From Thermodesulfobacteriota bacterium (GTDB taxonomy: Bacteria > Desulfobacterota > Desulfobulbia > Desulfobulbales > SURF-16), in NCBI GenBank assembly GCA_040755455.1, contig JBFMAY010000036.1:1-45668 (forward strand): a stretch of DNA of 45,668 nucleotides. Direction: 5' to 3'. Below the pieces are notes generated by a model, which worked only from the letters and a program-made list of their open reading frames with translations, was not told where the DNA came from and ran no database searches. Below are positions 8,212-17,418 of the stretch, piece by piece; the first letter of the stretch is position 1; each line of letters opens with the position of its first letter. The translations under genes and the position numbers were made by a program.

Positions 8212-8541
8212 TCAGGTTTTTTTCGCCCTGGCCCCCTTGACCGACAGGCTTTTGAAAAAAAGAAATTTTGTCAGGGTTATCTCAATGAGACCGTCAAGCT
8301 GGTCGGCCTCAATATCCGGCGGCTGCCAGATGATGACCTGCTCCACGGCAATCTTCATGTAGTCATGCCGGGGATTTTTGCCTGGTTTGCCCATGCGGAC
8401 CGCAGGGGTTTTTATTTTGACTCATCAGCCGTCGGCAGCCGGGCGAGGCACCAGATAGAGAGTGGCGTGACCGCCGCCCGCGGCGATATACTCCAGGGCC
8501 TTACTGCTGATTTTGATTGCCGTGTCTTGTGCCGTGGTCAT
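8212..8541 (-). CDS. CC/Se-motif family selenoprotein with tandem UU
   Basis: MTTAQDTAIKISSKALEYIAAGGGHATLYLVPRPAADG-TGA-TGA(8427-8422)-VKIKTPAVR joins in frame to the track ORF 8212..8394 (MGKP...FLFFKSLSVKG). An alternative start at 8595 has a GGAGAG RBS. Confidence 0.85.
8390..8407 (-). promoter_or_regulatory. Putative SECIS for the tandem TGAs
   Basis: Hairpin CCCTGCG-GTC-CGCATGGG shortly after TGA-TGA; same CG-GTC-CG apex as the hairpin at 4789-4806. Confidence 0.7.
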
Positions 8542-8757
8542 TGCTGTTGCGCGTGAAAAATCGTACCCGAAAAAGTCAGGCGGTATCCTTCCCATGACTC
8601 TCCAATAATACAAGTTTTCCCGTAAGGAAAGAGAATTTTTCAAGGAAGTTCTTGCCAACAAAGAGAGAAAAACGCTATCTGTAGAGAAGAGTGGACATGC
8701 GTCAATAAGCAAATCCGCGATGCTGTTAATTTTTCTGGCAATGGAGGTGCTGCTCAT

Positions 8758-9981
8758 ATGAAAGCGAAACTGGTGATCGCCATGGTTGGCTTGCCGGCCC
8801 GTGGCAAATCCACCATGGCCAGGAAAATCGCCCGCACCCTTGAGTATGACGATGTGCGGGTGGAGATCTTCAACAACGGCGAGCTGCGGCGCAAGCTCTC
8901 CCAGGAAAACACCTCCTCCCCTGATTTTTTTTCTCCCCATAATCCGAAGGGGCTGGAGCTGCGGGAAAATTGCGCCCGCATCAACCTGGGCCTGGCCCAT
9001 TCCTTTCTGGGAAAAGACGGGGAGGTGGCCATTATTGACGCCAGCAATGTCACCAGATGCCGGCGCAGGACGATTGAGGAAACCTTTGCCGGCCTGCCGG
9101 TGTTGTTTATTGAATGTGTCAATGTGGACGAAGAGGCCAACGAGGCCTGCCTGGAGCACAAGGCCTCATTAAAGGAGTTCAGCCATCTTTCCCAGGCCGA
9201 GGCGTTCGACAGCTTTTACAAGCGCATTTCCCATTACGAAAGCATTTACGAACCGTTGAATGAGGAGGGCAACCGTATCCTGGTCGATTCCTTTGAGGGC
9301 TGCATCCTGCAGGAGCAGATTGCCGACGTGGTGCCCTATTACGACCGGATCCGCGATATCGTTACCACCCGCATCGTCAGGAATCTCTTTCTGGTGCGCC
9401 ACGGCGAAACCTATTACAACCTGGAAGACCGCATCGGCGGAGACTCGGATCTCACGGAAAAAGGGCTGGCCCAGGCCCGGGCCCTGGCTGAACATTTCGC
9501 CGGTGTGCCCATCCCCATCATATTTACCAGCAACTACAAGCGGACCCTGCAGACGGCCGCGCCCATCGCCGAAAGGCAGAAGGACTGCTCCATCATCGCC
9601 CTGCCGGAATTCAACGAGATTTACTCCGGCTACTGCGAAGGCATGACCTATGAGGAAATCCGCCGGCAGATGCCCAATGTGGCCAATGGCAGGAACCGTA
9701 ACAAGTACCGTTACGTCTACCCCATGGGCGAGGGCTATGCCACCATGGAAAAACGGGTGCACCGCGGGCTGCAGAAGGTCTTCTACCTCAATAACTACAA
9801 TGACAACATCATGATTGTCGGCCACCGGGCGGTGAACCGCATGATTTTATCGGATTTCGTTTTCCGGCCCAAGGAAGAGGTTCCATATATCTACATGCCG
9901 CAGAACCGGTATTACCACCTGCAGATTGACCCCTATAAGAAACATTTCGAATTAAAGCCGTATACCCAGAAGGCCGGGTAA
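8758..9981 (+). CDS. 6-phosphofructo-2-kinase/fructose-2,6-bisphosphatase-like bifunctional protein
   Basis: N-terminal MVGLPARGKS, FNNGELRR and IDASNVTRCRR; C-terminal histidine-phosphatase RHGET, RTLQTA, EFNEI and GHRAVNR. GGAGG RBS. Confidence 0.88.
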   Translation: MKAKLVIAMVGLPARGKSTMARKIARTLEYDDVRVEIFNNGELRRKLSQENTSSPDFFSPHNPKGLELRENCARINLGLAHSFLGKDGEVAIIDASNVTRCRRRTIEETFAGLPVLFIECVNVDEEANEACLEHKASLKEFSHLSQAEAFDSFYKRISHYESIYEPLNEEGNRILVDSFEGCILQEQIADVVPYYDRIRDIVTTRIVRNLFLVRHGETYYNLEDRIGGDSDLTEKGLAQARALAEHFAGVPIPIIFTSNYKRTLQTAAPIAERQKDCSIIALPEFNEIYSGYCEGMTYEEIRRQMPNVANGRNRNKYRYVYPMGEGYATMEKRVHRGLQKVFYLNNYNDNIMIVGHRAVNRMILSDFVFRPKEEVPYIYMPQNRYYHLQIDPYKKHFELKPYTQKAG

Positions 9982-9993
9982 GGGTCGGTCTTG

Positions 9994-10116
9994 TTCCAAG
10001 TTGCATTCAGACCAAGACCGCGAAGGCAAGCGAGCAGCGACGAGACAGTACATGGAGTACGGCGAGGAGCCGCACAGCACCGCCGACAAAGGTATTGGTT
10101 TGAAGGCGACTTGGAA
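9994..10116. repeat. 123-bp intergenic MITE-like repeat
   Basis: 26-bp terminal inverted repeats with 22/26 identity (TTCCAAGTTGCATTCAGACCAAGACC vs TTCCAAGTCGCCTTCAAACCAATACC), between convergent genes. Confidence 0.7.
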
Positions 10117-11226
10117 TTACGATCCGCTCAGTCTGTTGAGCATGATGACGTCGTTAATTTTCTGATAGTCCTGGAAGCATTCGTTGGAATTGCGCTGCAG
10201 GATGACCTCTTTGAGCTTTTTCAATCGCGCTTCATCAGCTCTGGTGCTGGCCGCGGCCAGCCGCTGATAATCTCCGCCTTTGCCCATGGAATCATAAATC
10301 TGCCGGTAAGCCGCCTCGAAACCGGCGCGGTCATCCTTCTTGCCTGCCTTGAAGGCGCTGATATGGTTCTTCATTTCCTCGAAATTGCTGATGGTTTCAA
10401 AGGCAAACTGGCCCACCTTCTCATCTTTTTCCGTTTTGAGGACATCCTCGGAAAAGATTCTGATATCATCCGCATTGCTGTTTATTTTTTCCAGGGAACT
10501 GAGAATCAGGGCGCGGATATTCGGGTCGCCTTCGGCCTGGAACTGTTTTTTCATCGGCGCAACGGCTTCCCCCGGTATCAGCCATTGCCCGAGGACCATG
10601 ATGGCGTTGGCCCTGACATTCTGGTTGCTGTCGTTGATTTTGTTCATTAAGAACGGGACGGCGATGTCCCCGTATTTACCGAAGATGAAGACCAGCTGCC
10701 AGTAATAGCTGTTCGGGTCCTGCTGCAGGATGTCGATGGTTGCCGGCAGTGCCGGCGGGTATTGCAGCTGGGCGAGGAGATCAAGCAGGTAATACCTGGC
10801 CATGGGTTCCGTGGTTTCCTGCAGCCGGCGGAAAAGAAATTCTGCCGACTTGTCGCCGCCGATCATGGCCAGCGAGCGGCAGGCGTTTTTGAGCAGCATT
10901 TCATTTTGTTTGCCCTCGGTCAGCCTGATTATGGCATCAACGGCCGCAGGCTCTTTGGTCATGCCCATGGCCCAGAGGTAGACCGCCAGGCTTTCCTCGG
11001 GCAGGTCCGGGCTGTTTGCCTTGGCCAGCAGCAGATTCAGGGTTTCCTTGGGATTTTTCTCGATGTTTTTTTTGATCGCATCGAATTTTTCAAATGTCGC
11101 CGGCTGTCCCTGGGAAATGATGATTTCGAGATCCCTGATCACCGGGTTTTCCTTGCCTGCCGCGACATCCACCAGGACAAGAAGAAGCAGAACAGCTGCC
11201 GCGCTCCATTTAATAAGACATTTCAT
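10117..11226 (-). CDS. Exported HEAT-repeat protein
   Basis: Signal peptide; repeated helical pairs such as NVRANAIMVLGQ and NIRALILSSLEK; GAGG RBS. Confidence 0.8.
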   Translation of the reverse strand: MKCLIKWSAAAVLLLLVLVDVAAGKENPVIRDLEIIISQGQPATFEKFDAIKKNIEKNPKETLNLLLAKANSPDLPEESLAVYLWAMGMTKEPAAVDAIIRLTEGKQNEMLLKNACRSLAMIGGDKSAEFLFRRLQETTEPMARYYLLDLLAQLQYPPALPATIDILQQDPNSYYWQLVFIFGKYGDIAVPFLMNKINDSNQNVRANAIMVLGQWLIPGEAVAPMKKQFQAEGDPNIRALILSSLEKINSNADDIRIFSEDVLKTEKDEKVGQFAFETISNFEEMKNHISAFKAGKKDDRAGFEAAYRQIYDSMGKGGDYQRLAAASTRADEARLKKLKEVILQRNSNECFQDYQKINDVIMLNRLSGS

Positions 11227-11259
11227 AGGTGTTCCTCATTTTCTGTTGCAGTGATATGG

Positions 11260-11883
11260 TCAATTCCGGGCCAGGGCCAGGCGGATGCCCAGGGTGGCGA
11301 AGATGCCGGCCGTGAGCCAGGAAAAGATCCTTGATACTTGCGGTTTTTGCAGGAGATAGCTGCCGATGGCGCCGGAGAGCAGGCCGATGGCGGTAAAAAT
11401 GATCATGCCCTGGACCATGAAGACCAGGCCGAGCATGGCCATCTCCAGCGCCACATTGCCGGAGCCGGGGGAGACGAACTGGGGCAGGAAGGCGACAAAG
11501 AAGAGCGCCACCTTCGGATTGAGCACGTTCATGATGAATCCCCGCTTAAACAGGGCAAAACCGGAGAGTTGCCGGTCATTGCCGCGCAGTTCGATGTCTC
11601 TGCGCTCCCTGACCGTCTTCCAGGCAAGGAAGAGCAGGTAGGTCGCGCCGGCGAATTTGACCATGCTGAAGGCCACGGCGGATGAATAAAAGACGGCTGA
11701 AATGCCCAAGGCGGCGGCGGTGGTGTGGACGCTGATGCCGCTGCACATGCCGATTGCCGTTAAAACGGCCGCCTTCCTGCCCCGTGTAATGCCCTGGGTC
11801 ACCACAAAAACATTATCCGGCCCAGGGGCGATGGTGAGCAGGATGGATGCCCCGAGAAAATAGGCGAGCTGTGAAGTGTCCAT
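11260..11883 (-). CDS. LysE/RhtB family translocator
   Basis: APGPDN, GATYLLFLAWK and GFIMNVLNPKVALFFVAFLPQF motifs. Confidence 0.92.
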   Translation of the reverse strand: MDTSQLAYFLGASILLTIAPGPDNVFVVTQGITRGRKAAVLTAIGMCSGISVHTTAAALGISAVFYSSAVAFSMVKFAGATYLLFLAWKTVRERRDIELRGNDRQLSGFALFKRGFIMNVLNPKVALFFVAFLPQFVSPGSGNVALEMAMLGLVFMVQGMIIFTAIGLLSGAIGSYLLQKPQVSRIFSWLTAGIFATLGIRLALARN

Positions 11884-12079
11884 GTTGATGCCTGGTTGAT
11901 TTTTTTTGCCGGGTAAGGTGGATGATTCCTCTCACCCCGTCATCAGGGCCGCAGGTGACTACCTGTTTTCTGTAAATCTCCGGTAATGGGCTGGCCCGCA
12001 GCTTTCTTCTATAACAGCAGATCGGCAATGACACAACAACTGTTGACGCCGGCGATCAGCAAAAGCAAGCCAGGGGAAG

Positions 12080-12595
12080 CTACATCGCCTCGTTGAATTC
12101 CTCCCGGTAGCGGGCTACGCCAGAAATCCCCTGCATGGCGGCCTGGTCGAGGACCAGCACCATGAAGGCCTCGTCCGGCACCCCCTCCCATTGGCTCCTG
12201 ATCCCGCGCCTGGCGGCTGGGGTGAAGCCGAAACGGGGATAGAATTGCGGGTGACCGAGCACAATGACAAAAGGGCAGGCCCGTTGCCGGAGAAGCTTCA
12301 GCCCGTAAGTGACCAGCTCAGAGCCGATGCCCTGGCGCTGCCGCTGCGGCAGAACCGCCATGGGCGCCAGTCCCATTCCTTCCATGCATTTTCCGTCGTT
12401 GTCGATTACCGCCGGGGTAAAGAGGATGTGGCCGATGAGCCGGCCGTCTTCCTCGGCGACAAGGGACAGGAAGGGGGAACAGTTTCTGCGTAGCTCCTCA
12501 ACGATCCGCGCCTCGGCAGGCTGGCCGAAGGCCTGCAGGTTGATGTCGCGGATATGGAGGATATCCTCGGCTCTTTCCTTTCTGATGGTGATCAT
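12080..12595 (-). CDS. GNAT N-acetyltransferase (YhbS-like)
   Basis: LAPMAVLPQRQRQGIGSEL and VLGHPQFYPRFGF motifs. Confidence 0.9.
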   Translation of the reverse strand: MITIRKERAEDILHIRDINLQAFGQPAEARIVEELRRNCSPFLSLVAEEDGRLIGHILFTPAVIDNDGKCMEGMGLAPMAVLPQRQRQGIGSELVTYGLKLLRQRACPFVIVLGHPQFYPRFGFTPAARRGIRSQWEGVPDEAFMVLVLDQAAMQGISGVARYREEFNEAM

Positions 12596-12660
12596 ATGCT
12601 CTCCGCTGTTTCCTCGGTGGTCGGTTCCTGGTGGGCCTGGGGCTTTTCCGGCACAGCCGG

Positions 12661-13044
12661 CTATTTTTTATTTTTCAGCAACTCCTGCAGCCCGGCAAAG
12701 GGGGTATGGGAAGAAAATGACTGCCCTCTTTCCCCTGGTTTCAATTCACTGTATGATTCGGCCACGGCATTGCGGCTGTGCTCATTGTCATGGCAGTAAA
12801 GACACAGCAGCTCCCAGTTGCTGCCGTCGGCCGGATTGTTTTCGTGATTATGGTCCTTGTGGTGCACGGTGAGATCCTTCAGTTTTTTGCCGCTGAATTC
12901 CCGGCCGCAGCGCCCGCAGATCCAGGGGAATATCTTGAGCGCCTTCTCCCGGTAGGTTTTCTCGCGCTGTTCAAGGCTCCGCCGGGCCTCGGCGATCAGC
13001 TGGTCCATTTTTTCGCTGTCTGTTGGTGAATTTTTCGTTGCCAT
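12661..13044 (-). CDS. yajD: YajD family HNH nuclease
   Basis: YREKALKIFPWICGRCGREF...LTVHHKDHNHENNP.DGSNWELLCLYCHDNEH; start taken at MATKN. Confidence 0.88.
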   Translation of the reverse strand: MATKNSPTDSEKMDQLIAEARRSLEQREKTYREKALKIFPWICGRCGREFSGKKLKDLTVHHKDHNHENNPADGSNWELLCLYCHDNEHSRNAVAESYSELKPGERGQSFSSHTPFAGLQELLKNKK

Positions 13045-13090
13045 AGATCTGATCCTCGTTTGACCGGCGCCTTTCCCGGCAATCCGGCCT

Positions 13091-13897
13091 TTATTCTTTT
13101 TCCGCCACCGCCTTAAAGAAGGTATAGCAGAAAACGCCATCCGTTTCAGCGGTCCGGTAAAGGTCCCGGATGCCCTGGTCAAAGGTGGGTTGATCGATGA
13201 TGCCCGCCGCCAGGGCGGACTGGCGTACCCCCTCTATCATCGCCGTAAAGGTTTTTCTGGTAAAACCTTCCACCAGTTCCGGTTTGCCGGCGTCAGCATA
13301 AACCATGCGGGGGGAAACACGGACCCCGGCAAATCCCGCCTTGCAGAGCAGGGGATACAGCTCTCTGCCGATCATGGCATTGCCGCCGCCCCGTTTCTGC
13401 AATTCGACCTGGCATTGGATCGCCTGGTGGGCGGCCTCGCTGTCAGGGTAAAAAAAGGTCGAGCCGTGATCCCCTTCGATGACGGTCATTGTGCCGCCGG
13501 GCCTGAGGAATTGCTTCAGCATGGCCAGGGCTGCCACCGGATTAGGCAGATGCTCCAGGACGAAACAGACAAAAACATGGTCGAATGACTGCGGTTTGCA
13601 AGGCAGATGGAAGATATCGGCCTGCTGGAAATGGACATTGGTCAGACCGGCAGACGCTACCCGCTGTCTTGCCTCGGCAACCGAGGCTGCGGAAATGTCG
13701 ATGGAGGTGAACAGGGCATCAGGGCTGTTGGCGGCCAGGGTTACGGTCTGCGAGCCGACCCCGCATCCGGCCTCAAGAACCTGGCATCCCGCCGGATAAA
13801 AGGTGTCCGCGTGCAATAACTCCGCCAGGGTGGCGGCCTGGTCCTGCAGGCGGATGTTTTCTCTTGACTCGTAGCCGTGTACGTAGGCGTGATTCAT
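13091..13897 (-). CDS. Class I SAM-dependent methyltransferase
   Basis: VLEAGCGVG, FDHVFVCFVLEHL and LRPGG motifs; GGAG RBS before MNHAY. Confidence 0.9.
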   Translation of the reverse strand: MNHAYVHGYESRENIRLQDQAATLAELLHADTFYPAGCQVLEAGCGVGSQTVTLAANSPDALFTSIDISAASVAEARQRVASAGLTNVHFQQADIFHLPCKPQSFDHVFVCFVLEHLPNPVAALAMLKQFLRPGGTMTVIEGDHGSTFFYPDSEAAHQAIQCQVELQKRGGGNAMIGRELYPLLCKAGFAGVRVSPRMVYADAGKPELVEGFTRKTFTAMIEGVRQSALAAGIIDQPTFDQGIRDLYRTAETDGVFCYTFFKAVAEKE

Positions 13898-14242
13898 GGT
13901 CTCCTTCCGTTTTTTGATCTTTTTCCCGGCTGCTTGCATCCGCTGGCCGTGTTACGGCAGTTTAGCCGAATTCATGGGGGAATGTAAGTATCAACTTCGG
14001 CGCTATCAACGGCGTTGTCAGGAATAGGGCACAAAAATTTACTCCTGGGGCGAGTCAAGCAGCTTTGCCGGGTTGATCGCTAACTGGGTTGATCTTGATT
14101 TTGTATATGTTTCAAGATGTTACATTTGGTTTCCTTGCAAGGCCGGCAATAATTGCTGGCAGATTTTTACCACATTGTAGTATTATGGGTGTTGCGGCAG
14201 GATGTTGTATCGTTCATGCTTTACACAGGCAAAGAAGAGGAA

Positions 14243-14722
14243 ATGATGACGACAAGCGAAAATGGTAAAAAACACGGCAGAGTTGTTAATGTGTGCACCA
14301 GTCCCGCCAAGGGGACGGCAAAAAGGCCGGTGCGGCGGATCACCCTGGTTGCCGGTTTCGGCATAGAGGGTGACGCCCATGCCGGCAAATGGCATCGCCA
14401 GGTGAGCCTGCTGGCCAGGGAGTCCCATGAAACCATGCTGGCCAAAGGGGCGGTGGTGACCCATGGTGATTTCGGGGAAAATATCGTCACCGAGGGGATA
14501 GACCTGGTCAAACTGCCGGTGGGCTCCCTGATGAGGCTGGGCAGTTCGGTGATCGGGCGGGTCACCCAGATCGGCAAGAAATGTCATGCCCATTGTCAGA
14601 TTTTTCATACGGTGGGGGATTGTATCATGCCCAGGGAAGGTATTTTTATTGAAATCCTGCAGGGAGGAACCTTGGCGGAAGATGATGCGATAGAGATTGA
14701 CTATGGTGCTCCGAAAAGCTGA
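14243..14722 (+). CDS. MOSC domain-containing protein
   Basis: GIEGDAHAGKWHRQVSLL, GDFGENI, TQIGKKCH and CIMPREG motifs. Confidence 0.9.
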   Translation: MMTTSENGKKHGRVVNVCTSPAKGTAKRPVRRITLVAGFGIEGDAHAGKWHRQVSLLARESHETMLAKGAVVTHGDFGENIVTEGIDLVKLPVGSLMRLGSSVIGRVTQIGKKCHAHCQIFHTVGDCIMPREGIFIEILQGGTLAEDDAIEIDYGAPKS

Positions 14723-14961
14723 ATTCCTGCTGTCAGTATGGTTTTGAAATATTTTCATGCAGTTGTCCATAATGACCCGGCCGGATACTATTAGGGGGGT
14801 AACAAAAAAATAGTGATCCGGTCATTGCTTTTGTCTGCCGCTAAAATAAGCAAAAATAGTGTTACCCGCCGTTTTTTATAGGTAATTTATCGGCGGAACT
14901 GCTTGCAACCAGCAAAGGTGTTATGGTACAAGGAATTGCTGCGTTTGGAATACGAGTAAGC

Positions 14962-16017
14962 ATGACGGGCGAATCCCGTACGGTGAGAATATTGAAGAGT
15001 GACAAGCCCTCGGCTGCTGCGCCCAAAAAAAAGCGCAATTGCCTGCCAAAGAAGACCGCGAAAGAACGATTACAAGAATTTTGGAATATATTTGGAAAAG
15101 ACGATGAGGTGCTGGTTGCCATCAGCGCTGATCCTGATTCCCTGGCAAGCGCCATGGCGATCAAGCGGCTGCTCCGTTATCGGGTGAAAAACGTCACCAT
15201 CGGCTATCTCAATGAGATCAGAAGGCTCGCCAATCTCACCATGCTGGAGCTGCTGAAGATTCCAGCCGAACGGATGAAGGTCCTCAAGTCCGACAAGTAT
15301 ACCAAGTACATTATTGTCGACTCCCAGCCCTGCCACAATCCCGGGTTTGAGGAAATCAAGTACAGCGCGGTGATTGACCACCATCCTGTTACCCAGGGAT
15401 GTCAGGCCGATTATGTTGACATCCGTCCCGAATATGGCGCCACTGCCTCCATGATGGTCGAATACCTGCGGGCTGCGGAGATGAAGCCTTCCGTCGCCCT
15501 GGCCACCGCGCTTTTTTATGCCATCAAGGTTGATACCCAGAATTTTGAGAAAAAAGCCCAGCTTGCCGATGCCATTTCCTTCCGCTATCTCTTCAATATC
15601 GCCAACCAGAACCTGGTGCGGAAAATTGAGCTGAGCGAGCTGCGCAAGTCGGAGTTGAACTATTTTAAAACCGCCTTTGCCGAAATGAGAATCAGCAAGC
15701 ATCGTCTCTATGCCCATGTGGGCAGGGTGCGCACGCCCGATGTGCTGGTGATTATCGCCGATTTCTTCAAACGGGTTCATGAGGTTGCCTGGGTTTTTGT
15801 CTCGGGCATCCATGGGGAAAAGCTGGTGGTTATCTTCCGCTGCGACGGCTACAAGAAAAATGCCGGCATCCTGGCCGGCAAGACCTTCGGTCAGATCGGC
15901 TCGGCCGGGGGCCACCGGGAATCAGCCCGGGCCGAGGTGCCCCTGAAGAATCTTGCCAAAACCGATCAGGATTTTAACACCAAGACATTGAAAAAACTGA
16001 CAAGCAGGCATTTGTAG
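14962..16017 (+). CDS. DHH family phosphoesterase
   Basis: ADPDSLAS, IVDSQ, VIDHH, and C-terminal DHHA1 AGGH; start position uncertain. Confidence 0.88.
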   Translation: MTGESRTVRILKSDKPSAAAPKKKRNCLPKKTAKERLQEFWNIFGKDDEVLVAISADPDSLASAMAIKRLLRYRVKNVTIGYLNEIRRLANLTMLELLKIPAERMKVLKSDKYTKYIIVDSQPCHNPGFEEIKYSAVIDHHPVTQGCQADYVDIRPEYGATASMMVEYLRAAEMKPSVALATALFYAIKVDTQNFEKKAQLADAISFRYLFNIANQNLVRKIELSELRKSELNYFKTAFAEMRISKHRLYAHVGRVRTPDVLVIIADFFKRVHEVAWVFVSGIHGEKLVVIFRCDGYKKNAGILAGKTFGQIGSAGGHRESARAEVPLKNLAKTDQDFNTKTLKKLTSRHL

Positions 16018-16158
16018 TCCGACTGGTCAGGCTGGTCTTATTTGTCGAATTGGTCCGGGCAACCTGAAAATAGCCTGGCCAAGATGTTCGGCCATGATCA
16101 GTCAGATGAACCGACTGTTTAGACCAGTGAGACCAATCAGACTAATGGGACCAATCAC
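16017..16158. repeat. Inverted arrays of degenerate 9-bp repeats
   Basis: Left arm GTCCGACTG GTCAGGCTG GTCTTATTT GTCGAATTG GTCC; right arm GACCAGTGA GACCAATCA GACTAATGG GACCAATCA. Confidence 0.65.
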
Positions 16159-17418
16159 ATGAAACAGAAACCGCAAACACTGGCCATGATCCTTGCCGGG
16201 GGAAGGGTTGATGAACTCAATGTCCTGACCTGTTACCGGCCCAAATCAGCCGTGCCTTTCGGCGGATTTGCCCGGATCATTGATTTTTCCCTGAGTAATC
16301 TCATGCAGGCGGGGCTTGAGAGGGTTGCCATTCTCAGCCAGTACCGCAGTTATTCCCTGATCAACCACATCGGTATCGGCGCGGCCTGGGACATGATCGG
16401 CAAATACCGGGGCGTCTCCATTCTGCCCCCTTCCACCGGCTACGGCAATACCTCCTGGTACAAGGGATCGGCGGATGCCGTTTTTCAGAACGCCGATTTC
16501 ATCCAGTACCACGATCCCCAGGAGGTGCTTATCCTGTCCGGCGATCATGTGTATCACATGGATTACCAGGAGGTGATCGACTACCACCGGCAGAAGGACG
16601 CCGATCTGACCATCGCCTGCCTGCAGGTGCCCATGGAGAAGGCGCACCGCTTCGGGGTGGCGGACATCGACAACGAGGATGGCGAGCTGGGCGGGCGGGT
16701 GCTGCAGTATAAGGAAAAACCCGACCGGCCGAAATTCAACTGGGCGTCGCTGACGGTCTTCTGCTTCAAGCCGCGGGTGCTGCTTGAGGTGCTGACGGTC
16801 AATGCCCGGGAGGATGAATCCTTTGAGTTCGGCCGCGACATCATTCCGCGCATGATGTATGAGCAGCGCAAGGTGTATGGCTTCAAGTTCAAGGGCTACT
16901 GGGGCTATTCCCGCACCACTGAGGAGTACTGGCAGACCAATATGGACCTGCTGGGTCCGTCGCCGAAGATCGACATGGAAAGGTGGGGCCTGCGCACCAA
17001 TCTCGACCACCGCAGCATCCGCGACTGCCAGCCCCTCAAGGTGGGCGGCGATGCACTCATCCAGGACAGTCTGGTTTACAACGGCTGCATTGTTGAGGGC
17101 ACGGTGGAGCGCTCTATTCTTTTTCCCGGTGTCCACGTGAAAAAAGGGGCGGTGGTCAGGGATTCGGTCCTCTTTTTTGATAACGTGGTGGGCCGCGACG
17201 CGAGAATTGACAAGGTGATCTGCGACGTCAATGTGACCATCGGCAACGAGGTCGGCATCGGCGCGCCGGGACCGGCCAGGGACAAGGAGGTGACAGTGCT
17301 CGGCTGGAACAATTTCATCCCGGATAAGACGGTGATCGGCTCCGACTGCACCATTTATCCCGCCTTGAGTGCTGACAAGCTGTTACGGGAAATCAAAGCC
17401 GGGGAGATCGTGCGATGA
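16159..17418 (+). CDS. Glucose-1-phosphate adenylyltransferase family protein (divergent, possibly GlgD-like)
   Basis: RPKSAVPFGG, WYKGSADA, ILSGDH, EKP and a C-terminal beta-helix; the Gly-rich loop is altered to LAGGRVDEL. Confidence 0.85.
   Translation: MKQKPQTLAMILAGGRVDELNVLTCYRPKSAVPFGGFARIIDFSLSNLMQAGLERVAILSQYRSYSLINHIGIGAAWDMIGKYRGVSILPPSTGYGNTSWYKGSADAVFQNADFIQYHDPQEVLILSGDHVYHMDYQEVIDYHRQKDADLTIACLQVPMEKAHRFGVADIDNEDGELGGRVLQYKEKPDRPKFNWASLTVFCFKPRVLLEVLTVNAREDESFEFGRDIIPRMMYEQRKVYGFKFKGYWGYSRTTEEYWQTNMDLLGPSPKIDMERWGLRTNLDHRSIRDCQPLKVGGDALIQDSLVYNGCIVEGTVERSILFPGVHVKKGAVVRDSVLFFDNVVGRDARIDKVICDVNVTIGNEVGIGAPGPARDKEVTVLGWNNFIPDKTVIGSDCTIYPALSADKLLREIKAGEIVR

Noticed and set aside
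8425..9159. 244-aa minus-strand ORF
   Set aside because: Mostly antisense to the PFK-2-like gene; only its last 38-56 codons belong to the CC/Se selenoprotein.
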